Under the pieces are notes generated by a model. It saw only the letters and a program-made list of their open reading frames with translations, did not search any database and was not told where the DNA came from. The position numbers and the translations under genes are program-made. This document shows, one piece after another, positions 1-12,380 of a stretch of DNA of 64,000 nucleotides. The DNA comes from Heterodontus francisci (lineage: Eukaryota), in assembly GCF_036365525.1 (NCBI RefSeq), contig NC_090404.1, positions 6,758,001-6,822,000 of the forward strand, written 5' to 3'. Position 1 is the first letter of the stretch; each line of letters begins with the position of its first letter.

Positions 1-398
1 ATGAACAACTTGCGAAGTGTCATCACTTCTGTAATGTAGGAAATACAGCAACCAATTTGCACACAAGCAGACGAACACGCGAATTAGGAGCAGGAGTAGG
101 CCACTTGGCCCCTCCACAAATAGCAATGTGATAATGACCAGATAATCTGTTTTTGTGATGTTGGTTGAGGAATGAATATTGGGGATACCTCCACTGCACT
201 GTTTCGAAATAGTACAATGGGATCTTTTACACCTGAGAGGGCAGACAGCCTCGGTTTCATGCCCCATCCGAAAAACGGTATCTCTGACAGTGCAGCACGC
301 TACTGGAGTGCCAGTGAAATTTTTATTTTCATGTCCTGGAGTAGGACTTGAAACTGGAACCTGAGAGGTGAGAGTACTACCAACTGAGCTATGGCTGA
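1..398 (-). mobile_element. Decayed tRNA-derived SINE (Deu-domain/SacSINE1-like)
   Basis: Reverse strand begins TCAGCCATAGCTCAGTTGGTAG (A-box-like), has a GTTTCAAGTCC B-box-like motif, and continues into a body resembling shark DeuSINEs from memory. A similar decayed copy lies near 37010-37340 (+). Confidence 0.5.
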
Positions 399-712
399 TG
401 ATCAAAAGTTGATACTAATTAAAATATAGATCAAGAAGGAATAGGTAAGTGGAACTCCAGGCATTCAACAGTTCAACTTTTGATTTAGATACAGTGTTAA
501 ATCAGACTGAGTCCAGACCTCTCAGGTATTCCCCCGTAATGTACAGTGTGGCCGGTAGTACAGACACTGGCTGTGGGTTTGACCTTGAATCCAACACCAG
601 AATCGCTCTGCCATTCTGGTATTGTACTGTATCAATCAATCATTTAGCAGGCAATCCAGAATTTAACAATAATCCAAAGGCTATATGGACAAAGTCGGTC
701 TTTTTCTACAAA

Positions 713-965
713 AGAAACTTCAGTGGACTGTGAATCGTTAAATATGTGGTGATCCTTAATAGATTGAGAAACATCAATCGACTGAGAGTGGTGAAAGGAT
801 TGGGATTCATCGATGGATAGAGAGACATCAGTTGGTTGCAAACTATCAATTGTTTGAGAAAATTCATGGTTGTGGATCTATCAATAGTTTGGAACCATCA
901 ATGGATTGAGAAACATCTCATGTTTGGGAAACTCGATGAAGAACAAAAATATTGAGAAATATCAT
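713..965. repeat. Degenerate ~18-bp tandem repeat (AAACATCAATGGATTGAG-like)
   Basis: Recurrent GAGAAACATCAATCGACT / GAACCATCAATGGATTGAGAAACATC units. The minus ORF 644-841 shows SQSIDV-like hexapeptide periodicity. Confidence 0.55.
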
Positions 966-1599
966 TTGTTTTGAATCTGAAACCCGATTGACCCCTCCCC
1001 CTTATGTAAGAGGGAAATCCCTATTGATCCAGAAATGTCTCTCCGTCTATCTGTTTCTGTCAGTTGACGCAGAGACTGTTGTTTCTCTTGATTGCGGGGT
1101 AACGAGCGGGAATGGGAACTGTTCACAAACAAAATTAATAACCCTAGGTTATGGGGGACAGCCACTTATACAAGGGCGAGGGGTTAATCAGGAATGATAA
1201 ACTCAGCGCCATTCCCCTAAAAACACATCACTAATTATACCTCAATATTAATAATTAATTTTGCAGGGGCTCAGAACATTAGGAAAGGGTTTCAAGGTAT
1301 AAATGCGGAGCAGAAATTTGTGAGGAAAGCTAATTACTGAATATTCCCAAACTGGTATCTTATCGGAGGCTTTATATCCGTACTGCTGTTTTCCCGACAG
1401 TAAACAAGCCTAACACATAAGTGCAGCTGGATGAGAAGCAGGATTTTGCATTAACCTCATGCTATAAAGCACTGGCCTGAGAATCATCTTCAAAACTGTG
1501 ATTGAAATCACCATATTCAGCAACGTCACCAACTCAGCTCTGTCCGGCTGAAATACCATATCGACTCTAACCACATGTCTCCATCCTGCTCCTATTATT

Positions 1600-1752
1600 T
1601 CTCTTATTAAAGAGTTGGAGGGAATCAAGCGTTATGGGGGACAGGCAGGAAAGTGGAGTTAAGGCCACAGCCAGATCTTATGATCTTATTGAATGGCGGA
1701 GCAGGCTCGAAGGGCTGAATGGCCTACTCCTGTTCCTATTTCTTCGGTTCTT
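1600..1752 (+). mobile_element. CR1-like LINE 3' end fragment
   Basis: GGGAATCAAG...GAATGGCGGAGCAGGCTCGAAGGGCTGAATGGCCTACTCCTGTTCCTATTTCTT matches the 3' tails of the CR1 copies elsewhere in the window (e.g. 31115-31245). Confidence 0.75.
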
Positions 1753-2582
1753 ATCACAGTGACCCTATAACATCAACCTGAGTAAATCTCACTGAAATAC
1801 TGAACTCGTGAACAGTTCATTCAGTGTATTCAAAGGCTGAATAGAGAGGCTCTGGCGAATGTGGTTAAAGGAATTAAGGACATTTGAATTTGTGACCACA
1901 GTGTGTAATACCCACAGGATATATTTCACTGTGGCAATGAGTTACAATAAATATATGGCGGTAAAGAAAGTTACAATTCATATACCTTTGATCCGTGCTG
2001 TTTAGAATGGTGTGACTGGAACAGTCTCAGAGAAATAAGTGTTTATTTTGGGAAGTGGAAAACATGTGTCCAATGGTTTGCGATATTTCTGCGTTGACTG
2101 AAGTAATTCGGGTGAGGATATATTGAGAGCTTTGTTGTACATGAAAGTACCACATGTTCAGAAATATTACAATCGTCTCCTCAGAACACAGCCATATTCT
2201 CCCTTTATATGTTTGAGACGAAAATTTACCAGCAGCTGAGAAGGATCATCAGTCCCGCAGTGACATCACCAGAATTCTCTTGGTGAATTGATCTTATTAG
2301 ATCTGGGTACCCTCGGGGTAGAAATGATCCCGAAAATCGGGAAGGACTGAAGGCTTCAGACTGATGCAAATGAAATAAATGTGCTGCTTCATGTTAGGAA
2401 TAGTAAACCACAAAGATGTGAATGTAGAACAGCACCTTTCCTGCCCAGCTATCCATATGTCCAATCTGTTCATCAGCCCTTTAAACATAACAATCAGACA
2501 TCCAACTATCCATCCATTCCTACATCACTGCAGCTGTCCCTCCATCCACATAAACAAGCATATTTATCTATTTCAGAATACA

Positions 2583-2621
2583 TCCTCTCTCTCTCTCTCT
2601 GAGCCCGTCTCCATCTGCCTA

Positions 2622-2656
<35 letters not shown>

Positions 2657-2657
2657 G
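2583..2657. repeat. (CT)n/(TCTG)n/(TCTA)n microsatellite
   Basis: Read directly from the sequence. Confidence 0.85.
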
Positions 2658-4350
2658 TTGCAATGTTATGATGTGCTGGACAGATTCTCCAGTGGACTTT
2701 TGCTACTAACAGGGTGTCTGAGACACTGGATATATTTTCTTTTCTGAGATGGGAGCAGTTCACATAGTTTCACAACTGAAAAAATAAAATTAAATCCAGT
2801 GTTGTTGCTGGATAGATTTGTTTATGAATAGGGCTCATTGACTATGTTAAGGATTTGAAGTTGGCTTGAAGCCAAGCGGTCAGTAATGAGGAAACAGATC
2901 TTTGATTTACTGCACAGAACCCCAAGATGCTTCCGGTAAATAACATTGGGTGTTCGAGCATCCCTGACTGCAGTCGGTGAATTGCTGCCAAATACTGTGA
3001 GGGCAGATTAGTGTGAACATAAATGGGAAAAGATGTGATTTAACCATTTAAACATTAACTTATTCAGCGGCGCTCTTGCACAAAAAAGCATTTTACGTGG
3101 CCTCCCATCAAAAGAATGATTTTCTGTAAATTCAATGCTCAGATCATGATAAAATGGGAGTTCAAAATAATACATTGACCCACGCGACAATTAAATATAA
3201 TTCGAGATAATTAAGACCATTTATTCCGTACCGTATGAAGTTCTAGAGAGAGATTTTAATGACCCTTACATTCCATATTGAGATATTGGGAATCGCAAAG
3301 TAAATAAATAAATAGCTGGAATTGCCTTGAATCCGCTGCATTTCCTTGAATTTTCTCACAGAGCTGTCAATCACAAACAAATAAAGACTCCTCTCTGCCT
3401 GATAACAATTGCGTACTGTACAGTTTAATTTCTGATGATTTGGATTGTTTAACAAGCCCTCTCATAGCCAGAATACCAATGGGTAGAGAAATGTTCAGTT
3501 TGCGATTCGTTTCCACCGTAGATAAAACGTTTATTTCTTGTGATATTTTGTAGTATAGCATTAATTCCTGATATACTGTGTTCCTGAAGCCAGTGCATGC
3601 TGCACTGTTTCGATTAAAGTTAGCTGCAATGATTTGGGTGCCGGATAGTAGATTTGTTGATCGCCATTTCGGTTCTGATTCACTGGATTCCCTTTTTCGA
3701 AAAATAATCTGAATTTTACTTCTGACTCCTTAATTATCAGGCAAGTGGACTTCTTTTACAGCCAATTTTCAAAGGGCTGGCTTCGCGTCACAGAGTCAGC
3801 AGCAATTCGAGAAATACAGAGAGAGAGAGATACTTTTATAATGTTAGGCGTTTCTAATCACTCTGGTCTTAAATCGTGTAACTACAGTTACACTGCAAAT
3901 AGAATCACTTTACTAATATCCCGCATTCAGTTGCATAAATTGCTAACAAATTATTGGTATAGACTGAAGGGATAGATATAGAGAGATGGATTGACACACA
4001 TTAACAGTCACTTTAACCCTGGTAATGTAATTTAGCCTGAGAGATTCACATCCCCTGTGAAGAGTTGAGGAAATAAAGAGATTTAATTTACAGTCCACAA
4101 TGCAATTATTTATTACTGAACACATACTCAACTGCAATATCTCCATTTACTACCAAGTAATATAGCATTAAAACCATAAAGTCAAATAACTATCTATGGA
4201 TGCAGATAAAAAGTTCACATTTAATAATATCCCAGTGTAATGATATGAGTCCATTCTGTTAGTGATGTGGAAGGTGGGACGTGGATCCAGTAACCGCCTC
4301 TATCAGGGAATCAATAGGCAGTGCCTGTAACCTCACCCCCTTCTGCTGGG

Positions 4351-4359
4351 TATTTAAAT
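4351..4359 (+). promoter_or_regulatory. TATA-like box of the IgM VH promoter
   Basis: TATTTAAAT about 95 bp upstream of the leader ATG. No proximal ATGCAAAT octamer is seen. A TCRB-decamer-like AGTGATGTGG sits at 4261-4270. Confidence 0.55.
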
Positions 4360-4449
4360 GCTGGTCACTGGGACCGCAATACAACAGTCCGGGAGCAGGT
4401 TTGCTCAGTGCGTTCTTACCAGAAACATTTCCCCCGAATTACCAAAAGA

Positions 4450-4495
4450 ATGAGGTCGGCGATTTCTCTCTGTCTGTTACTGGCTTTCTTATCCC
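4450..4495 (+). CDS. IGHV: IgM VH leader exon (MRSAISLCLLLAFLS, phase 1)
   Basis: ATG at 4450, hydrophobic signal peptide, GTGAG donor at 4496, in frame with the V exon. Confidence 0.95.
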
Positions 4496-4624
4496 GTGAG
4501 TAGTTTTTGCTGTCCGAGTCTCTCACTGTTACCGTCTCAGTGTTAGTCTCTCTCTCTGGAATGTGACAGAGTCAGGAATCATTTCACCACGATTAGTCCT
4601 CGGGTTTTTTGATATTTTTGACAG

Positions 4625-4942
4625 GTGTCCATTCGGATGTCGTGTTGACTCAGCCAGAGGCAGAGACCGGGAAACCCGGAGGCTCCCTGAAATTGACCTG
4701 TAAAACCAGCGGGTTCGATCTTGGCAGCTACAGCATGCACTGGGTCCGACAGGTTACCGGACAGGGGCTGGAGTGGATAGTTTACTACTATACTTCATCC
4801 AGCAACAACTATGCCCCAGAGATTAAAGATCGATTTGCTGCGTCCAAAGACACTTCAAACAATATCTTCGCTTTGGACATGAAGAAACTGAAGACCGAGG
4901 ACACCGCCATCTATTACTGTGCCAGAGTACTACGTGGGTTGG
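4625..4942 (+). CDS. IGHV: IgM VH exon with germline-joined D sequence (VD/VDD)
   Basis: AG acceptor at 4623-4624. Encodes [22 protein letters not shown]...WVRQ...DTAIYYCAR, then GTACTACGTGGGTTGG with no V-type 23-RSS, then a 12-RSS. Open frame, with both Cys and the Trp present. Confidence 0.93.
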
Positions 4943-4970
4943 CACAGCAGTTACAGTCAATACAAAAACT
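4943..4970 (+). other. 12-bp-spacer RSS (D 3' type)
   Basis: CACAGCA + GTTACAGTCAAT (12 nt) + ACAAAAACT. Confidence 0.92.
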
Positions 4971-5296
4971 CCCTCAGCACTAATTAATGAGTCTGGGTCA
5001 GTGCTCGCTTTTACAATCCAACTGTATATGCAGTGAAGTACTATTTGTGTGCAGCACTGTCCACCTAGCACAGTTTATTATGGATAAACTGATTAATTAT
5101 TCATTCATCAGTTGGTGATTTCAATAATTGCTGATATGTTACTGTGTGAAATATAAAACATCAGGGAAATTAATAAAGAGTGAAAAGAATCATTAACACA
5201 ATTATAATTTTACAAAGAACCATCATGATTTTATTTTGCCACTGGAGTGTGGATATTTAAAATAATGATGGATTTCTCTCTATTCTGTGCAGAGTC

Positions 5297-5335
5297 GGTT
5301 ATTGTGTGACCCAGCCCAGGGAATGTAACAATGTG
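5297..5335 (-). other. 23-bp-spacer RSS of JH
   Basis: Plus strand GGTTATTGT + 23 nt + CAATGTG, immediately 5' of the J coding sequence. Confidence 0.9.
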
Positions 5336-5383
5336 ACGCCATGGACTACTGGGGACAAGGGACCATGGTGACTGTGACTGCAG
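5336..5383 (+). CDS. IGHJ: IgM JH segment (AMDYWGQGTMVTVTA)
   Basis: WGQG motif and phase-1 GTAAG donor at 5384. Confidence 0.95.
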
Positions 5384-8267
5384 GTAAGAAACATTCATTT
5401 ATTCAGTAACTGTTTTATTTGTGTTTTTATTTATATTGCTGTTTATTTTAATGATAACTTACTTCACTGAAATGTGGACTCGGTGGATTCCGTATTGAGA
5501 TTTGTTGCGATGTTTCATGTGATTTGGCTGCAAAGGGATTATAGAATTTAATGTGATTTGGTGTTTATTTGTTGATGGGACTGTGTCTGGGCTACTTTAA
5601 ATACCGAACTGTTATTAAACTGTTTGACATTTCTGTAATGATTTATCTTGCTGACATTTAGTCGCTGCAGGTTTTCTAGTCTAGCGCAAACAATAAGTAT
5701 TTAAATATGTTTGAAATAAAATTATAGGCAGAAAGCTTCAACGGTTAAAAATAGTCTTACAATATTTTGATCTATCTTTATTTGTGGGACTTAAATTGCA
5801 ATCTATCAATCTACTGCTCAGGAATGCAATGTAATACAATGAATTTTGATGTAATTAAAAGCTACATAAAGAACAAACTTGCAGCTTTGGTCAGATTTAA
5901 ATTAATATATTCTTAATTATTATAATGCTGTGATATCAGGCAATATCAATGGACTATGCTATAGTCTCATATTAATTTATTAAACATGTTCTGTCCACCA
6001 ATAGTTCTGCGACCATTGTTTTATATATATGATCATTTTAATAATTAGTTAGGTCAGGTATAGGCGAGCTCGGTGGATTCTGCATTGAGATTTTTTTTGC
6101 AATATTACATTTCATTCTGCAGAAAGTATTTGTAGAATTAAGCTGCTTTCCATGAAATGTACTGTGGCGGGAATCAGTTCCTCAGTGATGTGATTTGGTG
6201 TTTATCTGCTGAAGAGAGTGTGTTAATTTGAATCAGTAAAATTTGTGAAACAGTTTGATGTTTCTACATTGTTTAATCTCGAGCGAGCGGCTGCAGATTT
6301 TCTGATCGAATTGAAACGTTCTACGTGTTTAAAACTGTTTGAAAGAAATGAGAAATAATATTTTAAGATATTTCATGGCATTTTAAAAATTTAAGTGATA
6401 ATTATAGGTTAAACGATAAAACCATGGTTTGTGACGTGAAAGTACGTGAAATGTTACTGCAATTACAAGCTGCATAATTGGCAGGTTTGCAGATTGGAGA
6501 GTAAAGTTAATGTAATTCAAACAGTTTTACTGCGGCAATATCTCATCATATAAACCAAATATGCTTTAATATTAACATCGATTCATTATTCATTAATCGA
6601 CTTTCACCGTTCTGGTGATCAGAAATGTTATGGGCTGGAGACAATTTTAATTTATGCTTGAAATTATTTCAATAAGAGTGTACTTATTCTCGTGCTGTGT
6701 TTAGTTTGATGAACGATTTTGAATTAATTGTTATATTTCTGATTATAACAGGTGAATTATAGCTTGTATTTACTTATAACTTCAATAGGAGTTGTAAATT
6801 GCAGTTCGTCAGTGCAATATATCTGTCCGGTTATTACATTCTTTGCGTGCAGCCCAAACCATGTTGTTCCTGAAATGTCATTTGTTGTTGGATAGTGAGA
6901 TAATTATCACTAATCTCATATTAACCATTTTCCCGGGACAGGAAGTTGTTGCCAGTCAAAGAATTGTTCATATGATTTTATTTAAATTGAAGAAACTTGC
7001 AAACTGCGTAAGGCTAGAGACAAACAAATAACACCTTGAAATTCAAGCAGATTCAATTAATTACAAAAGGTTAATGTTAGTTTTGAATTCAGTAACAAAA
7101 TCCTGTCTCCCACAGTTATGCTGCACACAGGATAGAATTATAGACAAAGAACAGATTATACCTGAGTGTTATGCTTAATTCTTATCAAATATTAAATTGA
7201 TCAGCAAAATCTCGGCCATATTTACTCATTAAGTTTGAAATGTCGCTGGATGATGTGAAAGAATTATTCTCGTCCAATTTTGCAGTGATCATTTTGGAGC
7301 TTCTTTCAATAAAAAATACAATATATTTACCAATTAATTTACGGGGATTGTGTGCATTACGAGAGTAAAATATAAAAACATTGTCTGATTAAATAGATGC
7401 ATGCCCAGTTACTGATCGCAAACTGACCGTATGTTTTTGATTTTTTTCTTAAATGGTTAAGATTTATGACAATATTTAAACACCAAAGTCCTGCTTTCAC
7501 AAACAGACAATGTTACAGCCCATGAACAGTTAGTGAGATGTGACCCTGGCCGGGCTTGAAACTATTTAAAATATTCCACTCCTAAATCCATCGTGTGAAA
7601 TACTCGCTGAGACTAGACGGAGTTTATGATAGATCAACACATTCAGAGACATGTGCAGTTTACAAGTTTGTGGATTGAAAGCAGGGCGGGAGTAGAAATT
7701 ATTGTTAATTTCAAATTATTGAACTGTGATTCGATTTAAGTTAAAGTAATATATTTTTCTGAAAATTTTCATCTATTAATATGACGTCTATTTTTTAATA
7801 TTGATTAAGTGTCATCATAATTAAATTAAACCCGATAATTTCACAGAAACTGGTCTTGAATTAACATCAACTAATGTTCAAAATTACAGTGTAAAATCAG
7901 GTAACCTAAATATTAACCTGGAATATAATAGCGCTAATTCAGTAAACATAAATGACCTCCTCGGATTCCAATGAGTGCAATATCGCAAGGGCCGGAGAGA
8001 ATTTTGAATTATGTCTAAAAATAATTTAGAGAACAATATATTTCTTACTCAACTGTTCTCAGCTGATTTTAATTAACTTTGTGTATTGCTTCAATTAGTT
8101 TTTGGTAACATTTAGTTATGAAATTGTATCAAACCAGTGGGTAATCGGTTTGCAATTTAATGTTTCCTGATTTTCTAAATTCTTACTCTGTCACTGAATT
8201 GCTGTCACGGACATCAAAGTTTCCTGAATGTGGACTGTTTTGATGTACTCATTTTTACGGAAACTAC

Positions 8268-9608
8268 ATCACAGAATCACAGAAGAATACAGTGCAGAAG
8301 AGGCCATTCGGCCCATCGAGTCTGCACCGATGCATTAAAGACACCTGACCTGTCTACCTAATCCCATTTGCCAGCACTTGTCCCATCGCCTTGAATGTTA
8401 TGACGTGCCAAATGCTCATCCAGGTACATTTTGAAGGATGTGAGGCAACCCGCCTCGACCACCCTCCCAGGCAGTGGCATTCCAGACCGTCACGATCCTC
8501 TGGGTAAAAAAGTTCTTCCTCAAATCGCCCTTATACCTCCCGCCCCTCACCTTAAACTACCGTCCCCTCGTAACTGACCCTTCAACTAAGGGGAACAGCT
8601 GCTCCCTATCCACCCTGTCCATGCCCCTCATAATCTTGTACACCTCGATCAGGTCACCCCTCAGTCTTCTCCGCTCCCGTGAAAACAACCCAAGCCTATC
8701 CAACTTCTCTTCACAGCTTAAATGTTCTATCCCAGGCACCATGCTGTTGAATCGCCTCTGCACCCCCTCCAGTGCAAACACATCCTTCCTATAATGTGGC
8801 GACCAGGATTGCACACAGTACTCCAGCTGTGGCCTTACCAAAATTCTGTACAACTCTAACATGACCTCCCTGCTTTTGTAATCTATGCCTCGATTGATAA
8901 AGGCAAGTGTCCCATATGCCTTTTTCACCACGTTATTAACCTGCCCTTCTTCCTTCAGAGATCTATGGACAAACACGCCAAGGTCCCTTTGTTTCTCAGA
9001 ACTTCCCAGTGTCAGGCCATTCACTGAATACATCCTTGTCACATTACTCGTTCCAATGTGTATCACCTCACACTTTTCAGCGTTAAATTCCATCTGCCAC
9101 TTTTCTGCCCATTTAACCATCCTGCCTATATCTTCCTGTAACCCAAGACTCTCAACCTCACTGTTAACCACTCGGCCAAACTTTGTGTCATCCGCGAGCT
9201 TACTGATCCTACCCCCCACATAGTCATCGATGTCGTTTATATAAATGACAAACAATAGGGGACCCAACACAGATTCCTGTGGTACGCCAGTCACTAAAAC
9301 AACCGTCTGACATCACTCTCTGTCTCCGACATCTAAGCCAATTTTTAATCCACCTTATCAAGTTACCTGTATCCCATGTGCATTTGCTTTCTTGATAAGT
9401 CTCCCATGTGGGACCTTGACAAAGGCTTTGCTGAAATCCATGTAAACTACATCAACTGCACTACCCTCATCTACACACCTGGTCACATGCTCAAAAAATT
9501 CAATCAAGTTTGTTAGGCATGACCTCCCTCTGACAAAGCCATGCTGACTATCACCTAATCACATTTTGCCTCTCCAAGTGGAGATAGATTCTCTCATTCA
9601 GAATTTTC
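8268..9608 (-). mobile_element. 5'-truncated CR1-like (HER1-type) LINE, RT fragment, in the J-CH1 intron
   Basis: ORF 8557-9294 GVPQESVLGPLLFVIYIND...SKLADDTK...RPQLEYC, with a short tandem-repeat 3' tail. Confidence 0.9.
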
Positions 9609-11019
9609 GTACACGTCTTTAAGATTGCAAACAGACAGGGAGAAACATTTGGAGGTTGAAGGGATTTTGGAAATGACTATCAGTTTAATTTCAAAGAGCG
9701 TACAGACTTGGAGTGGTCACAATTTGTCAATTGATAAATTAGAATCAAACAGCTTCATTGAAATTGACAGATTGAACAGATCTAACTGCTGAGAGCTCGA
9801 TTGTTGCACCGTTTGTGCCTGTTCAGTTTTTGTGCGCCTGCTTACTGTGTCGGGACGAGGAGCCCTCCCTACAGGCTGTAAACAGTCTGATTCGTTCTCC
9901 TACAACTTGATCTATTTATTTAAGAAGCTTGTATCTGTGAGAAACCTAAAATGTTGACTTTACGTTTGATGAGGCGCCTCAGCAATGAGATCAGTATTCC
10001 AGTCTGTGACAACAGTTCAAAATCATGACAGACAAACTGTAGAAGGAGATTTGGTCAGTTTGATTCGGCAATGCAGGGGAAGCTTTGCTGCATGCTTAAT
10101 GCATACTGTAAATGTCCTGGATCCGTTTGATGAGGCAAGCGTAGAGGGAGAAATTACTCTGTACGTAAACCTGGTTCAACCTGTCCTGGATGTATTTGAT
10201 GGGACAGCGTAGAGGGAACTATTTTTTTAAATATTAAACTAGTGCTGCACCTGACCCAGAGTGAACGTGTAGTGTGGAGGCAGCTTTCCTCCGAATATAA
10301 CACTTGCGATATCTGACCTTACAGCTCATGGCAGGGCCGGACAAGGGGGTCTTTACTCTTTCGCTTAACTTTCCTGTACCTGACCTGAGAGTGTTTTCCC
10401 AACAGTGTTGAAGGATCCTTTGTCTGCATCTAACTTAGAACTTGTGAGTTCTTGACCCAGATACATGAAAATAAATTGTTCCATTGCCCAGATAAAACAA
10501 TGCACATTAATTGGTATTAATATTCTTTCATGGCCAAATTTTAATAAGTTAAAAATATTTAAAAATGTTAAGCATCAGATAATAATTGAATGAAATTGGT
10601 CTGATTTTGAGAGCACTTTCAGAACAAACAGTTGCAGGAAGTGACTGTAACGGTCCAGAGAACAGCACCTGTTCTGATCTGATGAGAGGCTGAAAGACCT
10701 TTTGACGATTTAAATGGAGAAACGCGAAGAGTCCTGCTCCAAATAACCATCATGATAATCTCATGTTGAAAGCCAGCATTTCGTTCAAGTATTTTCAAAA
10801 GGTAACAGGCAGTGATAAACTCTGATGAGATGCTGTTATTGGATTGGGTCACAGCAGAGGGCACAAAGCCACTGAAGTAAGCTTCTGTGTAACTTTTGAA
10901 GTGATACAGTTAGCCTGCAATCAATGTCAATCACAATAAACTTTAAATCTCTGACAGTATCTGATTGACTCATTTGTATTAAATCCCTCAGATCCTCTTA
11001 TTTTAAAAATCCTCTTACA

Positions 11020-11349
11020 TTAGATTAGGAATACAGAACTGAAACAGGCCCACCGAGTCTGTGCCGAACATCAACCACCCATTTATACTAATCCCACATT
11101 TCTACCAAACATCCCCACCTGTCCCTATATTTCCCTACCACCTACCTATACTAGTGACAATTTATAATGGCCAATTTACCTATCAACCTGCAAGTCTTCT
11201 GGCTTGTGGGAGGAAACCGGAGCACCCGGAGAAAACCCACACAGACACAAGGAGAACTTGCAAGCTCCACACAGGCAGTACCCGGAATCGAACCCGGGTC
11301 CCTGGAGCTGTGAGGCTGCGGTGCTAACCACTGCGCCACTGTGCCGCCC
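11020..11349 (-). mobile_element. HE1-type tRNA-derived V-SINE
   Basis: GGGCGGCACAGTGGCGCAGTGG (A box), GGTTCGATTCC (B box), V-SINE core and CR1-like tail. Absent at the paralogous site near 63695. Confidence 0.88.
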
Positions 11350-11759
11350 ATTACAACAAGCAATAAAAACATATGCCACAGAGATGTTCAAATTTATGAA
11401 GCCTTTCCTCCCATTGAATTTGGAAGAGCTAACTCTACTAAGTCGGTTAGGATCACAGAATCTTCTCGTACGTAATGTGGCCATTCAGCCCGCCATGCCT
11501 GTGTTAGTTCTTAAAGAGCTCTCCAATTTAATCCGACAAGCCATTTCCCCTCTCATAACCATGCAAATTAGTCTCCTTCTAGGACATGTCCTGTTGCCTT
11601 GTGCATTCCAGATGCACTTACAGGGCCTGCACAGACACGACGGGTTGAATGGTCTCTCTTTGTGCTGTAACCGTTCTATGCTTCTTTGAAAATCACCCTC
11701 TGCAAGAAAAGAGACTTCCTTCTGCAGCCACCACCCCGCCCACACTCCGTTTTGTTGCC

Positions 11760-12380
11760 AATTATTTATTTTGCCACTGAACCACTTGCCATAGGAAACC
11801 GTTTGTACTTATCTGCTATATCAGAACATCCCATAATTTTGAATATGCCTATTCGGTATCCAGCAAAGGAGAACATTTCGACTTGTATAATCACTCTATG
11901 TAACTGAACTCCCTCATTCCTGACATCATCCTGGTAAACTCCCTCTGCACTCTCCCCAAAGCCTTGACCTCCTTCCAAAAGTGTGATGGCCAGAATTGTG
12001 CAAAAAATGCTTGAGCCTAATCAGTGATTTGTAAAGCTTTAATATGACTTCCTTGTTCTTTGTATTCAATAATCCATTTTACAAGACCAAGTGTTCCATT
12101 TGCTTTCTTAACCGTCTTCAAAACATTGTGAATATGCACCTCATGCCCCTCGACTGTTTTACCCCCTTCAAAATAGTACCACTTACATTGCATTTGCTTT
12201 CTATGTTGTTCCTCAAAAACTCCAGCACTTCACATTTAACCGAATTAAATTGCATCTGCTCTGTCTCTGAATATTTCACCAGTCTGTCTATGTCCTCCTG
12301 AACTCTGTTGCTATCCTGCTCACTATTTGTTTCGTATCATTAACGAACTTCGAAATTCTACTCCCCAAACCCATATCCAC
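11760..12380 (-). mobile_element. Old decayed CR1-like fragment shared with cluster 2 (62670-63260)
   Basis: Degenerate CR1 RT C-terminal sequence present in both paralogous introns. Boundaries approximate. Confidence 0.6.

Noticed and set aside
1897-1933. Inverted heptamer pair CACAGTG-23 nt-CACTGTG (plus CACAGTG at 1755-1761)
   Set aside because: No nonamer at 12 or 23 spacing in either direction and no adjacent V/D/J coding sequence.
2030-2078. J-like TTTTGGGAAGTGGA (FGxG-like)
   Set aside because: The in-frame reading is LGSG, and there is no RSS upstream or convincing donor site.
4609-4983. ORF-track start codon and read-through tail of the V ORF; similar intronic extensions of the CH ORFs
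   Set aside because: The true boundaries are splice sites and the RSS. The extensions are intron or signal sequence.
11061-11689. Overlapping ORFs (MAQWLAPQPHSS... and similar), repeated at 13412, 21726, 48681 and 55648
   Set aside because: These are translations of the SINE, not genes.
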